Source: Paragordius varius
Taxonomy: Eukaryota > Animalia > Nematomorpha
Assembly: GCA_964247055.1 (NCBI GenBank)
Contig: OZ176050.1
Coordinates: forward strand, 9,796,001-9,860,000
Length of the DNA: 64,000 nt
Direction: 5' to 3'
Part shown: piece by piece, positions 35,461 to 48,299 of the stretch
How positions within the stretch are numbered: the first letter of the stretch is position 1
Layout: each line of letters opens with the position of its first letter
The notes under the pieces: generated by a model
Databases searched by the model: none
Seen by the model: only the letters and a program-made list of their open reading frames with translations
Told to the model about the DNA's origin: nothing
Made by a program: the position numbers and the translations under genes

Positions 35461-37438
35461 CACTTTTTTATAATTTTATTTTTAGATGTGGGGTCTAAAA
35501 ATCTCAAATATTTGCTCCCTTCTAAAATATTACTTAAAATTAACGCAAAAATGCGGAAATTTAGCGATAGTAATTTCGAAATATTCTAGATTATAACATT
35601 GAAAAAAAATATTTTTGGGAATATGTATATTTTGTTATAAAATTTCACACAAAAATTTGATGAAGCGTATTTTATGTTATTTGAAGCATAGTGAAAACGT
35701 GAAAACACTTTGCTGCATTACAAAAACACCTTTTCTTTCTATTAATGAAGCTAAATATTTCTATCATATCCAAATTATATTATAACATTTCTTCTTTTTT
35801 AATTATAGGTTAATTAAATGCCTTTTTGACAAATATTTTACTTGAATATAAAGACGCTTTAATTTTTAATTATGAGGGGTGTTTAAAGTCATAAAATTAA
35901 ATTGAAAGTTTTTCTAATGGCTTCATGTTGTTTTGTATGTTTTCATTATGCTTGATTCGATAAATTAAATGCGTTGTATTTTTTAAAAAATATGTTTTTT
36001 GTCGTCATAATTTAGCATATACATACAAATGGCAATCTTAGCATCTTGTGCTTAAATTAAAAAAAAAATATTTTAGAGGGCGCCAAAAATTTGAGTCTAC
36101 AGATCTAACATCTAAAATAAAAAGTTTCATTAAAATATTGTTTTGCTTTTTAAATATAGTATATGTTATATTTTAATGATATTTTTTATGAAGCTTCTAG
36201 CTTTAGACCAAATAGTTAGCATAATGTGCGTATTTTTTCCTATTATTGTACAAAACCAAAATCATCATAATTACTTATGCATTTTTCTATCAGAAAATAT
36301 ATTCATCGATAATTTTTTATGCACTGTGTATATATTCTAATTAATAAATGTGTCAAGAATCTTATGGTGCTTTTGGTTTTGGGCCTTAGGAGTGAGATAT
36401 AACAATGTTGTTACAAATTGTGTGGTAATTGCTCCATATTAAAAACAAATATTGTTTTGGTAAAAGCTAAATGCTTCATTCTAAAACATATCATGCAGTA
36501 TATTTGATAAGCAAAATAATATTTTTAAAATTTTATATATAGACTGAGGTCTTCAAAAAACTCAAATTTATGGACCCTAGAGTCACGACTAATCACGAAT
36601 GTGAGGTTAATTATTCTGATTTTTTTGTGTAATGCAGCGGTACTCATACAAATATTTTCGCGGACCGCATTCTCATATATTATGCATTTGAGAGCACGCA
36701 TTATACCGTCTTTCAGAAATAAAAATTGGGTGCAAATCATCACATCGTGGGCCGTAGTTAAAATATCATTGGTCTAATAGTCATACATATTTTACCTCTT
36801 TTTTAATTATGGGTTTGTTATATGACCAGAACCAAACCCTGCTCCGTGGATCATTAGTAAATTTTCCAGGTTTTTAATAATCTCAACTTACGTTGGAGCT
36901 CATACAAGCCTTGGATAATTTAATATTATTCCTATAGTTTATATTAATTATTTGGATCTCTCGAAAGAAAGACAAAATCGAATGTATGATTCGATGTGAT
37001 GTGAAAACTCCTCTTGGAATCAATTTCCTTGGCGTTTGATCATCTTTATTTTGAGTTATACAAACGGTAAATAAGCCAATTATAGATATTTGTTGTTGAA
37101 AAAATTTATAAAAGGCAATATCAGTTAAACCGTACTTCTCTTTCTTTCCCATCTAATAATGTCTTGTTTTTCCCACTAGCAGCAATAAATATCAAATATA
37201 TACCCAGTAAATATCATCAGTGTATTCACTGATCAAAGTAGTACGCTTAAATTAATATATGCCAGGTAAATTTGTGTTTTTCGAGTTTTAATAATGATGT
37301 CGGTACAATCCGTTCGCCCACGATATAATCATTCATTTATTTTGCAATAATAAAAATTGATTAAATAACTAGTCTAGTTTTTTTTTCAATTGTTGAATAG
37401 TTTATATATGATTTACCTTAATATGTTTTATATCGTTT

Positions 37439-38129
37439 ATGTCTTTCCGTTATTCACTATTTCTATTACTTAAACTCTTTCATGTAATTTCTTTCCATGG
37501 TTACAATGTAAATTCTTATATGGTATCAATATGTCCACAATTAAGGCATTTGTGTGACTTTTATAAGGGTTGCACGCATGATATATCCAATGGGTAATTT
37601 AAATTTCATAAGAAAACTATAATATTTTAAGAATTAACTCGTCAAAGTTTATACTATTTTACCAAAACATACAGAGAATTCTTAGGTAATGGGCTAACCA
37701 TGAGTAAAATAATCAAAATATATTTTTTTAAATAGTAGTTTATATTATTATTTACAATTCGATTCACCCTGGAACAATTTAAATTCCGTCTTGAACAATT
37801 CAAATTGACCCTCAAATAAATTATTTGTTTTTTAAAATTAAAAATTACCCTTTTTTAATATATTTTTAAAAAATAAAATTTTGTTTAAATTAAAATAATA
37901 GTTTAAAAATAATAAACTATGCCATAAAGATATAATTCATATTTAAAGTGAGTTTTTGTTTGAAAACACATAATTGAGGGTGAATTTTAATTGTAAAATA
38001 AATGGATCACAACCCATTATACCTTATAATATTGTGTGTTAATTTTCTCCAAAATACCCAAATATAACAATAAAAAAGAAATATTTTGTATATTAGGTAA
38101 TAAATTTCATAATAATCAAATTTTTGATA

Positions 38130-38169
<40 letters not shown>

Positions 38170-40267
38170 TTATTTTTACCTCAATTATTATCCGATTTCT
38201 GAAAACATTGGTGCATAAATTTAAAAAGAAAAGTATATTAATTTTAATTTTAAAGAGCATCTATTCCGCTTAAATATATAACTTTTTGTCTACAGGTGCA
38301 ATTGTGTTTCTCAAACAATAGCTATCAAATTTGGATGTCTCATGTATGCTTGCAAATTTTCTAGGGTTTGTCTTGATTACCATTTATGTGTGTCACCAAT
38401 AAGTACTCCAAAAATTTATCCCATAGTTACTCCTTCTATTACAAGTATTTATTTACGATAATGAAATTATATTTTAAAATACACCAATATATCTGATTTA
38501 CGGTTGTACAATTTATATATTTTAAAAATTATAAAAAATTGTCAAATCAATTATATTATTAATACCGGTCATTATAAAAATATTCAAATAACAATCAGAC
38601 TTGTCTGTCCCCATATATTGTGTAGTAAAAAGAAAATATATAGATAGAATCACATTAAATCAGTAAAAAATATAGGAAATGACTTTTGGCGTGCATAGAT
38701 TGGAACTGAACCTGTTTTTGTGGATTAGAACGGACAGCTTTTATTCAGCGCCGAACCAAAAAAATTAAAAAAACGTTGTTACTGCCGTTCAATATTTTTT
38801 CAAAAACTTATCATTTTTAATAATATTTATAATATTGATTTCTATTATTAGATTGATAAAAAGTACATTTTAAATTTTTAGAAATGTTGCATGCAATTAA
38901 TTTTTCTAGCTTCTAGGTTTATATTTTCACGGCTATTCATTGGAATTTTCTAAATTGGCTCTTCATATTTTTTATAAAACCAATGAAACCGAAACTAGTG
39001 TCAAGTTTTAATTCAAAAATTAAAATACCGGAACCATTTCAACTGTTGATTATGATAAATATATGGAAACGGAACTAGGGACAAAAAAGTACACGAGTAT
39101 TCTTAACGTGATTTCAAAGAGTTCACGTTTTTACACTCTGAATTCAGTTGCTCCTCCAATTAAATTAATAACTTTTCGATTTTTATATTTTACTCATATT
39201 GTAAATCGTTATATATGACGCTTTATAGTTGCAAATTATATTTTTTTATTTTCTTTAGAAATAAATATGACAAGGAAGCCATCCATTTTACCAATGACTG
39301 AGAATAACTTCTATCCAACAACTCTCAGTAGACTAGATAAAACTTTTAATTGCAGTTGTATTACATGGGGACATTCTCGTACATTTCCATGTTATATTCC
39401 ACCTCTGGTGACAGAACATAGTATGTTCACACACCCCCATAAAAATAATAACGCCCTGTTAAATAACTTGAGAAAAGCTTACTTTCGAGCCACTCCACCT
39501 ACGAACAATGTTTCAAGCAACGTCACAGGTCAAAAATGGCATGTGAAATATCTTTTTGTCTTTTTACTTTGCGTTTTAACGTTAGGCGTCTTTGGCCTGT
39601 TTACCGCTTACTGTATTGATAAACGAAGGAAAAAGATTGAATTGCAAAGCATTATGGATGAAGCAGAACGTAGGAAAGAAGAAATTTGGAGAGAAGCTAG
39701 CAGTATGCAATTCATAACAATTAAAATTTTGAAAACAATACAGTTGGGAATACTGGCATTTAGTTTTAAACTAAATATTTAAAAATATTAAGAAAGGAAT
39801 TATTCAAAGGTGATATAATACCATCAAGCGACCGTAGCGATTTAACCATTCAAAATTAAATTTAAAAAAAATATTTTTTACTAAACTAGTATAGTTTAAA
39901 TTTAGCGGGTTTACAATTTATGTACCTAAAAATTGTTGGTAACCTTATCTAATATATTCAAGAAAACCTTAGCGAAGAATTCAACAATTATAAGGGAAGA
40001 TATAAATTGGTGGGGGCTACTGTATCAGAACAAGGATTAACCACCCTATCTACTATAGATGAGATTAAACGCATCCAAGAAGCGAAAAGGATTGAGGAAT
40101 TTAACAATTATGTGAACAGAAAAGAAAACAGAATGCAATATTTAACTGAAACGTTGGATACAACAATCAATCCGAACATTGAAAATGTTACCAATGTGGA
40201 TGCTGGAAATCAAAATGTTGTTACAAATGATTTGTCCAACAAACCAGGTATTTATAGTGTACCTTAA
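37439..40267 (+). CDS. Orphan Cys-rich type I membrane protein, 4-exon model
   Basis: Exons 37439-37593, 38296-38444, 39259-39702 and 39963-40267, all GT-AG and phase-compatible (2,1,1). The product has a signal-like N-terminus (MSFRYSLFLLLKLF), a Cys-rich module, a P/T stalk, a TM (YLFVFLLCVLTLGVFGLFTAYCI), a basic stop-transfer KRRKK and a cytoplasmic tail. No family recognised. Confidence 0.7.
37749..37996. mobile_element. Decayed MITE of the about 260-bp CCATTTAC family
   Basis: TTTACAATTCGATTCACCC...GGGTGAATTTTAATTGTAAA matches the copies at 55099 and 58694. Confidence 0.6.
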
Positions 40268-41410
40268 TAAAACATAAATTTAAATGGCGCAATTAAGTAA
40301 CAATATGTGTGGACGAAATCAAATTCCTAAATACAATTTTTTAAAAAACGGTGGAAAGCTGAAATAAAATAAAAAACTATTTCACTTATCTTGATAATTC
40401 TATATATATAATCAACGTCAGTACTAATGGGAAATTGATGGCAAGTAAATAACGATGGGTGTGCTTACATAAATTCTAGAGTGGAAAAATTTAAATAAGT
40501 TCTGTGAATATTAAATTAATCCGATAAACAGCCTTTTTTAATTCATATTCAAATTGACTAAATATGAATCATGGTTAGGTCTTAAGTTTTTCATTTGCTG
40601 GTACAATTAGCTGATCCATTATTTTTTAACCACCTTATGCAATAGAAAAAGCGATTAGTTTTTTCCACATATGAAAAAAATGTCATCTCTTATTTTTTTT
40701 GCTTGTTAATCCCCATAAAGTTCAGTGAACTTGCGTTAATTAATATTAAAATCAAAGATTATGTATTATACTTTTAATATAAAATTTAATTTTCTATATT
40801 TTCACAAGTATTCAAATCAATTGTATGTGAGGACAAAATAGTCTTTATTTAAGTTAAGCCAAATATAATAAAATGTTATTGCACTTCTTACGATAGAAGG
40901 TAAATTAAGTTCTTATAGTGATGATGTTATATTCATACATCATGTTTAAATTGAGGTGCGTGTAAAAAAGCTGGCCTTTGCCGTTGGAGATAAAATTTTG
41001 TTGGCTCCTTATACTTAGTGTATACAAAATTTTATTTAATCAAAAAAATAGAAGAAATAAATCAAAGCCAAAATCCGCAATGTTTATTACCGCATCAACG
41101 TCCTTTGAATCATCCCACAATGCGACGAGATGAAAAAAGTGTCTACTACTATGAAAATGATTGAAAAGAACATTAAATTTATTTTATAGTTAAACTAGAG
41201 AGTAAATATACAACTAAACAAAATTTGCGTCCACAAAAAGATAAAAAAACATTTGTGTGAATTTGTGCCAAATTAAGTGGGAAAAGGATGTGGATAAAGG
41301 GAATAAACTACATCACATGATTAATATGGTATTGCATACATGAGATAATAAATAAACTAGAGATAGGATTAAATAATACAAAAATTAAAGTGTGAATGTA
41401 TCGCAGAAGT

Positions 41411-42547
41411 TTATTTTGTTAAACCAATGACACCACATCCAACACGGTCACCGGAATTACCAGTTTTTTTGCTTTCTTCGTTATCAGCTTTGCCTAGATC
41501 ATCCTCTTTTGCATGAACCTTTTTTTCATAAACAATAAAATCGCTTTTTAATCCTTAATATATTATTACACAAACAAACGTCTGATTTATGTATTTAGGC
41601 TAATAAGTAGTATTAATTAATAAATATTAAGGGTCCCATATATTATAACTATGTATTTTGCCCTTCATTAAACATATATTAAAAAAATGGCAATATATTG
41701 TATATGATATGAGATGCCCTAAAGCTTGCTTTTAACCAAACTTTATGATGGCATGGTTAACAAAATTTAAATTCTAAAAAGCAATAATTTGCTACTTACC
41801 ACCATGCTTCTCCCAATAACACTACGTGGGCCAAAAAGAGTCATTACCGTGTCTTTAATGTCAACTTTTGCGACACCAGAGCTATCAGCAACAATGTTTC
41901 CTAAATCGCCATTATGGCGTTTCTCCGGGGGATCGTGTGGTCCTCCGTGGTGAGTGCTATCGGGATTATAATGAGAGCCGGCCGATGTACAACCTATCCA
42001 TAAAAACAATATTTGTGCATTTTTATGGTAATACTAAATTTGCATGTGTGCGCGTAATTATTGGCTAAAAACACAAGGTAAAAAGATATAATTGTTTCGT
42101 TTTGGCCAAGTAATATTTTAAAGTTTTACTACTAAGGTAAACAATATTATATTGATTAATAATTATAAAAATGCATTTATTATAAACTACAAAAATAAAA
42201 ATTCCTGTGTAATGCCTATATATATTAATATATATATATATACATTACCACTAGATAAATCACCAAATTCATGAACATGAAAACCGTGTTTACCAGGCGT
42301 TAAATTTTTTAATTCTCCAGTGATATGGATTGGAGTGTTTTGATCAGCCTATATATATGTACAATGTTATCGCGAAAAAAATAATTTCTTTAAAGCTAAT
42401 TCCTCAAAACACTAAATTTTTATACCCATAATTTAATATTATAATAATTAAAATTTTTTAATTAAAATAATACAACAATGGGCATACCTGATCAAATTTA
42501 ATAACACCGGTAGCAGTACCTTCAAATTTGCACACAGCTTTTACCAT
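41411..42547 (-). CDS. SOD1: Cytosolic Cu/Zn superoxide dismutase, 4 exons
   Basis: Exons 42488-42547, 42249-42348, 41800-41993 and 41411-41518. The product reads MVKAVC...[10 protein letters not shown]...[11 protein letters not shown]...HHGGP...RHNGDLGN...GRSMVVH...[14 protein letters not shown]. All metal ligands, both disulfide Cys and the active-site Arg are present. Confidence 0.97.
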
Positions 42548-42626
42548 TTGAATGTCAACGTAGATGAAAGTAACAAGCTGTTTTAATTAATAATGTGCAT
42601 ACATTTCTACAGTATAATATTAATAA

Positions 42627-43169
42627 CATTTTGATTCAAATTGGGGTATCTAAATACCCCAGACAAAATTTAAGTTAGGATTTTTTAAAAACTACTGAAG
42701 GAAACGGTCCCAATTTATATATGCCTTATCCTAATAAAAATTATATAAATATGACAAAACATCTAAATAAAATTTTGTTTTGTAAAAAAGTTCCATGTCA
42801 AACTACTTCGACGCCATTTTTATTTTACAAAATTTTTGCGTCTTTTAATTTTAAGGGTAAAATTAGAGCTAAAATTTAAAATCACAAACATTGATAGAAA
42901 TAGAAAAAGTGGTTTATTTTGTATTATTTTTTAATTTTACCATTTCACACGTGTCACATTGACGAAATTTTTACCTTTCGGTTTTAGCTTAAAATAAGTA
43001 TCAAGCATTTTTGAATAAAATAATTTATACATTTCGGTTTATTAATGTAGTGCAAAATTTTGCCATGCCTTCGATTCCTTTATTTTTTCAAGAATTTTAT
43101 TTTAAACAGGCCTGGGGTATCCAACTACCCCAATTTGAATCGAAGAAATGAATATATTGTATCCAAGTG
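42627..43169 (+). mobile_element. piggyBac-like MITE (decayed copy) 80 bp upstream of the SOD1 ATG
   Basis: Aligns along its length with 53513-54089. The ends are degenerate (ATAA|CATTT...AAGTG|TTTT). Confidence 0.85.
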
Positions 43170-44579
43170 TTTTAAAAATTGAAACTCTTTTGTCAAATAG
43201 GTTTATATTGGAAGATTAAACATCTTCATTCTGATATATTTTTGTTTATATAGTCGGACCTAATATAGTTAAAGAAAAACTAACGCTCTAAGTAATTAAC
43301 TTATAGTATAAAAATTTATATTTTTGCTTTGTTTACCAATTCCATATTTTTGGGGCAGTTTGATACACGCGATTTATTAAAAAAAGTAATTATAGTGACT
43401 AAGGCCAAGTTTACAATTTTACATTCTATGAATTTTTAGGGACATTAATAATTCTCGCTTATCTTATACTTTTAGCCGTTAATCGAGATCTTTTAACACT
43501 ACATCAACTTTTTAGGGTATTTTTAACCCAGAATATTTTAAATGCCATACAAAAGTAAATATTTTGGCTTAATTTAGGACCATGATTTCTTTTTTAAGGA
43601 AATTTCAGTCCTCCAATGGTAATTGTGCTCGACCTAAGGCAAAAATAAAAATATGGAAAATTATACCATCGCAAAAGTTCAAAAAACTTTCTATATGACT
43701 CGTAAGTTCCAAAATAAAATGCACCATGAAATTCTTGATAAATTTTCTTTCGGAAAATATATATTTCAACATGATATTTTTTGTACAGTGTATAATAACC
43801 CTAAAATTGTTTTTTAAAAAATATCAATTGTAAAAAAATCCTAACTAGCTTTCAAGTGATCTTTTGCAGAATGATATTTATTAATCAGCTGTTTAATTCA
43901 ATCGTGTTTTGGAGGTAATTCAATTTCAGACTCTACAAACTACAACTGTGAACTACATAATCTTTTTAAATAACAATGTTTGATAATTTTTTAACTAAAA
44001 AACTATGAAAACAGTAGTTTATTTACAGGATTGCGCTGGGAAAATACTCCAAAATGTCCATGCGGGCATATAAGTCATGAAGTCTTAATATTCTAAATTT
44101 TAACACTTTTAGGGTATCTAGTGCAGGGATGTTTAACAATTTGCTTGATCTACTATAATAATTTTTGGTTTTTATATTTATTTGAAGCTCATGGGATAGT
44201 TTTTCCATTAATGATATTTTAATATATTATTTATTTTTTTCACATTTTTACAGCACTTTTGTATAACGGAAAAAGCGTATTGGACATCTCTGATCTAGTG
44301 ACCTTAGACCATGGTTTTCAACCTTTTTTGTTCACGCACAGGCAAATTTAAGAAAATAGTTTGCGCCTACCTCCCCCCCTTCCTTCCCTCAAAAAATAAA
44401 AATGCATAATTTATTATAATATTATATAGATCATAAATCAATGGGAATTTCATGATGGCCTAAATTTTTGAGGTTCATCCATAAAATAAGTAAAATAAAG
44501 TTATTTTTATAATTCGGTGAATATATTTTATATAGGTGCAAACTTTTGCATTAATTTTAATTTGTTTTATATGTTTAGA

Positions 44580-45602
44580 AATGGGTCGGGTGATAAAAAA
44601 AATTTTTTGACTTGACTTGCAAGTTTTTCAAGTCATGGCTTGCTTTCATGTGATAAAAAAATTTAACATTAGGGCACTTAAGTCAAGCGAGAAAACTTGA
44701 TAAGGAGGTGATGAAAAATCATATGTTCAAGTAAAACTCAAAGATTTTGCAAGTTTGGTGTAGGGCACACTTGACAGATTTAAAAATATGGATAAAATTA
44801 TTTTGGAAACTATTTATATACAAAATTTAGGTTTTATATGTAATTCAAACCTTTATTAATTCCATAAATTGTTTTGATAAATTTTGGCTAATTAATCTAT
44901 TCATTGGGTGGATACAAAAGAGGATAAATTTATAGAAAAACTCTGCTAATATTAAATAACATGGCACATAAATATCAGCTAAATATATCAATTCTGTGAC
45001 CGCAAAAAAATTGGATTCTCGAAAATTTCTTAAAATTAATAATTAAATATTAATTTAAAATTTCAATTCATTTATTAAAAGCAAAACTTCACTTTTATCC
45101 AATGTAAAGAATTTATTTCATCATAAATTTATTTCGAATGTAATGTTCATAAATTAAAAATAATTATGTTATATTGCATAAACATCTTCCCATTATATTT
45201 GCAACTGGACTCCAAACAAAATAAGTAGTGCGGTGGAAAGTGTTTAAAGGGCGAATGGTTTCATCAATCTAAAAATTATTACCAAGCTCACAATTTAGAA
45301 AACTCTATTATATTATATAAGATACGTGCCAGTGAGTTTGAAAAACTTCAGTATATGCATATTGTATTTATTGATTCTTTTTGTGCCTTATTTCATAAAT
45401 TTTAGCTGAAAATGATCAAAAAAAGTTTCATAAAATTCGAATTGGGTTGCAAAAAACTCTTACATTCATAAGCAAAAGACTTGACTTAAGTGTTTTTTTT
45501 ATCATCGATCTTCAAGTGTACACTTGCTGACTTAAGTAATCTTGCTCAACTTGCCACGCTTGGCTTACAAGTAAAGTGCGACTTTTTATCACCCCACCCA
45601 TT
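44580..45602. mobile_element. About 1-kb non-coding TIR element, unclassified
   Basis: About 20-bp inverted ends AATGGGTCGGGTGATAAAAA...TTTTTATCACCCCACCCATT, with subterminal ACTTGA/TCAAGT motif clusters. No clear TSD. Confidence 0.6.
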
Positions 45603-45855
45603 AGATCAGGCCTACTGCCCCCAAAGACCCCAATTTTAATCGGGGAGTGAAACGCATGGGTTGTAAAGTGTTAAGCTGCTGGAAGGAACGATTTTAATCA
45701 AATATATAAGTGGGAAACTAGTATAAAAATTAATATTTTATTTTATCAAATTATTGATTATAGGTGCAAGATATTTTAATTCGTCCACCCAATTATAAAC
45801 CATTTATTTTGAAAGCCGACTAAAGCTTGCAGAAAAAGAAACGTCACATGTTTAA

Positions 45856-46433
45856 CACTTCGATTCAAATTGGGGTATCTAAATACCTCAGACTAAATTA
45901 AAGTTAGGATTTTTAAAAAACTACTGAAGGAAACGGTCCCAATTTAAATTTATGCTTCTATCCTAATAAAAATTATATAAATATACCAAAATATATAAAT
46001 AAAATTTTGTTTTGAAAAAAAAGTTCCATGTCAAACTACTTCGACGCCATTTTTATTTTACAAAATATTTGCAAAATACGTCTTCATTTAATTTTAAAGG
46101 TAAAATTAAAGCTAATTTATTATTTACATTACATCTAACATTAGAAATAGAAAAAGATGTTTAGTTTCTAATATTTTTCAATTTTACCATTGCATGCATG
46201 TCACGTTGACTAAAATTTTTACCTTTCGGTTTTAGCTTAAAATAAGTAATATCAAGTATTTTTAAATATTTTTTTTTAAATATTTCGGTTTATTAATGTT
46301 ATATAAGTGCAAGATTTTGCCATGGCTTTGATTCCTTCCAAATTTTTAAAGAATTTAATTTTAAACAGGCCTGGGGTATTTAACTACCCCAATTTGAATC
46401 GAAGGAATAAAATGAATGTATTGTATCCAAGTG
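45856..46433 (+). mobile_element. piggyBac-like MITE, 578 bp
   Basis: TTAA|CACTTCGATTCAAATTGGGG...GTATCCAAGTG|TTAA, with TTAA on both sides. Confidence 0.92.
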
Positions 46434-46744
46434 TTAAAAAAGCATGGTGCGAAGATTTTTCGCGACATAATTTGAAAAATTTATCGTCTGGTACAGGTAA
46501 AATAATTATCTCTATAGTTATATCGAATTATTCTAAAATTAGTTGTTACCATTATTTGCAATCGTTTACATAAATGGACATCAATACAAAATTACAAAAT
46601 ATAATAAGACAATGGGAATAGCATGGGGTACACCCCTTCGTACAGTTAGTGAAACAATTGTCCGAATACCGATTGGAAAAAAAACTTTAAAAAAGCGAAG
46701 GGGGGAAAAGAGAGGACGTGGATAAGAAAAAAAACTCATGTAAT

Positions 46745-48270
46745 GCCTGCGCTTTGAAGAAGGTATATTATCGTTAATTTAATTTTTTTATTTTATTTTT
46801 GTATGAGAAGTCCAATTATTTGGAAGTTTTAAATAACCTATGGTACTTCTCTGGAAATAGATGTGATTGCTCTTGTTTTGAACAGCCAGTGTTTTGTATT
46901 ATTACTATATTGTATTTTGGTACTTTTATGATTAGCTTTGGAAAATTTTTTATTGTTTCACTCATTTGATTATTAGGATGGCGTTCAATGTGCCCTATTA
47001 ACTCAATCCGTCTTTTCTGAATAAATGACAAATTGGTGGAAGTTTGGCTAGTTTCCATAGTTTATTATTAGATATTAAGTTGTTAACGAACACTTGGAAC
47101 GGTTTGACTATGTATTGTTTGTCATACCAGATTTCTAGGCAATATATGATTGACTAAAAAACAAGTGTTAAAAAGAGTTGTAATTTTCTTTTATAGTTGA
47201 TATTTCTTTAGAAGTCCAAATCTTTTTGTATTTATAATAGAGTTTTCTTGTAGTATCTATTCTTTTTTTCACGAAATTTTTAGCGTTACCATCTTTAGAT
47301 ATGGTAACATATAAATATTTCTTTTGATGTATTTGTTTATAGGGTATGTCACAGTGACAATAAGATATGATTTGAGTTTTCTCTAGATTAATCCTTAAAC
47401 CCTTCATGCTTGTATATGTTGTAAAGATGTCGTATAAAAGTCCAATGTTATTGTGGGTAGATGCACACAACACAATATCATCCGCGTAGCAGACAATGTT
47501 GGGTGTATACACTCCCCATTACAACGTTGTTCAAAATAGTATAATTAAAACATTATCAGAATACAATAATATAATGCCTAAATAGAAAGTGATTTGTTTG
47601 TTTGTAGTTTTTTTAAGCATCATTAAAAATCATACGCAGCTTCTGTTGCGATCTTTTTATCTCGCAACCAAGTTATGTGAATTGTAAAGTATGCTTGTAA
47701 TTGGACTTTTATTCTCTCAGGTAAAATAGATGTAAATATTTTGTAAAAGCAATTAGTTAGAGCAATTGGGCGGAATTGGTTAAAGTTATTAGCTGTTTTG
47801 TGTTTTGGGATATTAATTATGACCGATGTATTTCATGTTGTAGGGAATATTTGTTTTTCCCATATTTTTTTAAAAATATCATAAGGAATTTGGGTGATTG
47901 GCTTTTGTATTATCTTTATAAGTTCATAAGGGATCGAGTCTATCCCTGGAGTTTTGTAGTTTTTGAGTGAAACAATAGTACGCTCGATTTCTCCATAACT
48001 GGGTTCTGGGGGGTGCTGATGTACGGGATATATGATGGATCTTGAGGTTTATTTGATTCGTATAATGTACTGTAAAATTGATACCATAGTTGTAGAAGAT
48101 CTTTGGATGAATTGATTTCTATATTGTTAATATTAAGTTTTATATGGGACATTCTCACTAAAGGATGTTGTCAACAAACAATTAAACACAGCAACTGCTA
48201 TTATACCAATCGTTAGATATTGATTGCGTCGGTTTTCACCATCCCTTCGTAAGGATAGGCCTAGAGTTCA
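46745..48270 (-). mobile_element. Decayed non-LTR retrotransposon (LINE), RT region plus 3' end
   Basis: Minus-strand remnants LWYQFYSTLY, IPKHKTANNFNQFRPIALTN, YADDIVL and INLEKT, with stops, frameshifts and an internal deletion. Boundaries are approximate. Confidence 0.85.
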
Positions 48271-48299
48271 TTCTTGTTATCAAATAAATCTATGAGGGA

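Noticed and set aside
36525-37152. Two minus-strand ORFs with slightly higher GC, possible decayed transposase
   Set aside because: No motif or terminus could be identified with confidence.
41411-42547. SOD1 as a possible non-canonical or metal-deficient variant
   Set aside because: All Cu/Zn ligands, the disulfide Cys pair and the active-site Arg are present, so it is an ordinary enzyme.
46307-46573. 88-aa ORF
   Set aside because: It runs through the right half of a non-coding piggyBac-like MITE and is a chance frame.
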